A stretch of DNA of 22,285 bases from Octopus sinensis (lineage: Eukaryota), in contig NW_021836975.1 in the NCBI RefSeq assembly GCF_006345805.1, positions 1-22,285 on the forward strand. The letters are read 5' to 3'. The notes under the pieces are model-generated. The model was not told the origin of the DNA. It saw nothing but the letters and a program-made list of their open reading frames with translations, and did not search any database. Positions 19,994 to 22,285 of the stretch are shown here, in pieces. Every line of letters starts with the position of its first letter. Position 1 is the first letter of the stretch. The translations under genes were made by a program, and so were the position numbers.

Positions 19994-20408
19994 AATACAA
20001 TATATCCGGTGCAATCCGGAGTGAGAATCGACAGAGGTCGTAACTGGCAATTCAGGCAAGAATTCGGTAAAATTACAAGCGGATATATCTGTATCAGCGG
20101 GAAGAAAGGCATAATGAAATGTGGAAATATCCCATTGTTCTTTTCCGTAAACAGAAAAGAAAAAAAAAGTCTCATTCTATTGTTCTCTTCTGTAAACAGA
20201 AATATCCATTCGATGAATCAACATTTTCTATAATATTTCAGTTCTTCGTGTTTACGCTGAGTATACATAAATCCGTAAAATGGGGGAATTATTCATATCT
20301 GCCGCAGATTGCGATACACGCCAAAAGAAAGACAAAATGAGAAAAAGACAGGACAATCAGTCGATGAAGAGGTCACGGAATGTGTGATGAAGGCACTCTG
20401 ACAACTGA

Positions 20409-20513
<105 letters not shown>

Positions 20514-20745
20514 TCGTTCGTTTATTGGCCACAAGGGCTAACAAAAATCAATTAAAACTTAAAGGGACAAAACACAGGACGAAAGTTACAAAGGGTTTTG
20601 TCCGTTTGAAAAAGGTCCATGTACAAAAGCAGGATGACAACGAAAAATAAGTAACAATTGAAACTCCCAATAGGGGGAGGCGCTTCGAAAGGTTTACTTG
20701 TGGAAAAACCCATAAAAGCCACGGGAGCCTGGTCAAAATAATAGT
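20514..20745 (-). mobile_element. Probable 3' UTR/terminus of a LINE ending in AATAAA plus (TTA)n
   Basis: Minus strand ends ..GTCCTGTGTTTTGTCCCTTT..TGTTAGCCCTTGTGGCCAATAAACGAACGAA(TTA)n; homologous to the type B SINE tail. No coding part is present, so the clade is not provable here. Confidence 0.6.
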
Positions 20746-20776
20746 AAAAAGAGTAAAGAGTAAAAGGAGTATATAG

Positions 20777-20800
<24 letters not shown>

Positions 20801-20807
<7 letters not shown>

Positions 20808-21465
20808 ATATTTCGGAATGGTCATTTTACGAGTTTACGAGTTTAGCCAATAAAAATACACGCACTATATATTTGGGGTTATTTTGCTTCAGTGTTATTT
20901 ATTTTTTACATTAATCTTAATCTAATTTCGGCCAGAGTTCTTTCGTCACACTCCTGTGACCGCATCAGTGGTCCTTTGTTTTCTTCTTTCTTATTTGTGT
21001 CTCTCCTTACTAACCGTCAGCCATTTTGTATTTCTATTGTATGTCTTCATTTGCGCATGCTTATATCTCTATGTGCGTCTATGTTTAGTTTTAGTGTGTG
21101 TAATGTGGGGGATGCCTGTAATATTGTATCTTCTGTTTATTACGTTCATGTAATTTGTATTTTGTTTTTGTTGTTGTTGTTTTTGTTTATTCTTAGTTTG
21201 TTCATGTGTTTACGATCCACTTATTATTAGTCATTTACTATGCGTTATTATGTAGTATGTATGTATGTTATATATGTATGTATGTATAACAACAATACTA
21301 GTAATAATAATAATAAATCGAATCGAAAAAATATATAAGAACACTGGCCGAATAAATTAAGATTAATGTAAAAAATAAATATCACTGAAGCAAAATAACA
21401 CCAAATATATGTGCGTGTGTTTTTATTGCTAAACTGGCAATATGACCATTCCGAATATAACAATA
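20801..21465. mobile_element. Element bounded by ~130-bp inverted repeats (MITE or PLE-derived)
   Basis: 20801-20935 TATTGTTATATTTCGGAATGGTCAT..TTTGCTTCAGTGTTATTTATTTTTTACATTAATCTTAAT..TCGGCCAG matches the reverse complement of 21344-21465. Confidence 0.88.
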
Positions 21466-21657
21466 TCTGTTTCAACACACGACTTCACATAAAAAATCTT
21501 GCACAACAAATATTTAAACATATATATATATATATATATATATATTATTATTATTATTATTATTAAGGTAGTTATTTGCAATTTACAACCGAAAGGCAAC
21601 CAGTATAGTCGTCACTAAAGTAATTGAGAACACTTTCTCTCCCCTTCTGTTCACGAC

Positions 21658-21830
21658 TGTGGCTGTGTGATAAGAAGCTTGCTTCCCAACAACATCGATC
21701 TTGGTTCAGTCCCACTGCGTGGTACCTTGAGCGAATGTCTTCTACTAAAACCTCGGACCGACTAAAGCCTTGTGAGTAGGTTTGGTAGACGGAAACTGAA
21801 AGAAGCCCGTCGTATATATATAAAATGTGT
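21658..21830 (+). mobile_element. Type M SINE 5' half
   Basis: TGGCTGTGTGATAAGAAGCTTGCTTCCC..GGTTCAGTCCCACTGCGTGG..TTTGGTAGACGGAAACTGAAAGAAGCCCGTCG(TA)n. Confidence 0.9.
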
Positions 21831-21831
21831 G

Positions 21832-22085
21832 AAGGCGCATGGCTTAGTGGTCAGTGTGTTGTACTCATGACTGCAAGATCGAGGTTTCGATTCACAGACC
21901 GAGCATTGCACTGTGTTCTTGAGCAAAGCACTTCATTTCACGTTTCTCTGTGAGCATTTCGTAATCTGACATGTGACACACGGTGCACCTCAACAGGTAA
22001 CGTCGATTTGATGAAGGGAGTGAGCTTATGTGAAATTAAACATTTGATCACTATAAACAATCATCTGTGTGGATCGTTGGCGATC
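21832..22085 (+). mobile_element. Type C SINE with a third tail variant, abutting the internal microsatellite of the type M copy
   Basis: GGCGCATGGCTTAGTGG..TTTCGATTC..TGTGTTCTTGAGCAAAGCACTTCATTTCACGTT, then a tail unlike those at 2661 and 6013. Confidence 0.82.
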
Positions 22086-22098
22086 TTTTTGCTCCGTC

Positions 22099-22208
22099 TT
22101 CCTCTGTCTCCTGTTTCTGAAGAAGAGCTTTGCTCGAAACATAAAACATCCTTGGACTTTCCTCTGTCTCCTGTTTCTGAAGAAGAGCTTTGCTCGAAAC
22201 ATAAGACA
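22099..22208 (+). ncRNA. Tandem pair (60-bp period) of minimal type I hammerhead-ribozyme-like motifs within a Penelope-like terminal fragment
   Basis: TGTTT-CTGAAGA-A-GAGC-TTT-GCTC-GAAAC-ATA-A(A/G)ACA twice (22112-22148, 22172-22208). Stem I UGUUU/AAACA (copy 2 has a G-U wobble), stem II GAGC/GCUC. Stem III reads ACAU rather than palindromic ACGU. Confidence 0.65.
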
Positions 22209-22285
22209 CCCTTCCTTTCCTTCCCTGAGCGTCTTATTAATACTTTGTATGTACCACGTCCTCGCGTTGTTGTTTGTTCTTGTTG

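Noticed and set aside
20132-20203. Short duplicated ATTGTTCT..GTAAACAGAAA carrying two forkhead-like GTAAACA motifs
   Set aside because: A 24-bp local duplication in AT-rich DNA; the motif is too common to be informative.
19916-20233. 105-aa ORF
   Set aside because: Non-ATG start inside an antisense SINE remnant, no recognisable domain, and it ends in an A-rich locally duplicated segment.

Overview
Very AT-rich eukaryotic DNA, almost certainly intronic or intergenic octopus (coleoid cephalopod) sequence. The assignment rests on my recognition of the tRNA-derived SINE families and the dense (TA)n/(CA)n/(ATT)n microsatellites. No complete protein-coding gene is supported, and most ORFs in the supplied track are microsatellite or antisense artefacts. 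The window holds a decayed RTE-clade LINE (about 700-2641, minus) with a 3x156-bp insert, at least four SINE architectures, a complete non-autonomous Helitron (14882-15868), three TIR/fold-back elements, and Penelope-type fragments with minimal hammerhead-ribozyme cores. There is one plausible first coding exon (11042-11134). The most unusual signal is a 29/34-bp minisatellite fused to a LINE-like 3' tail. It joins the same nucleotide of a SINE tRNA-like head at two separate loci (16137-16840 plus; 19447-19809 minus), suggesting a VNTR-bearing, SINE-targeting retro-module. Other highlights are a tandem hammerhead dimer (22099-22208) and two short templated insertions copied from about 0.5-0.6 kb away. 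All family assignments are by eye; no database search was run.
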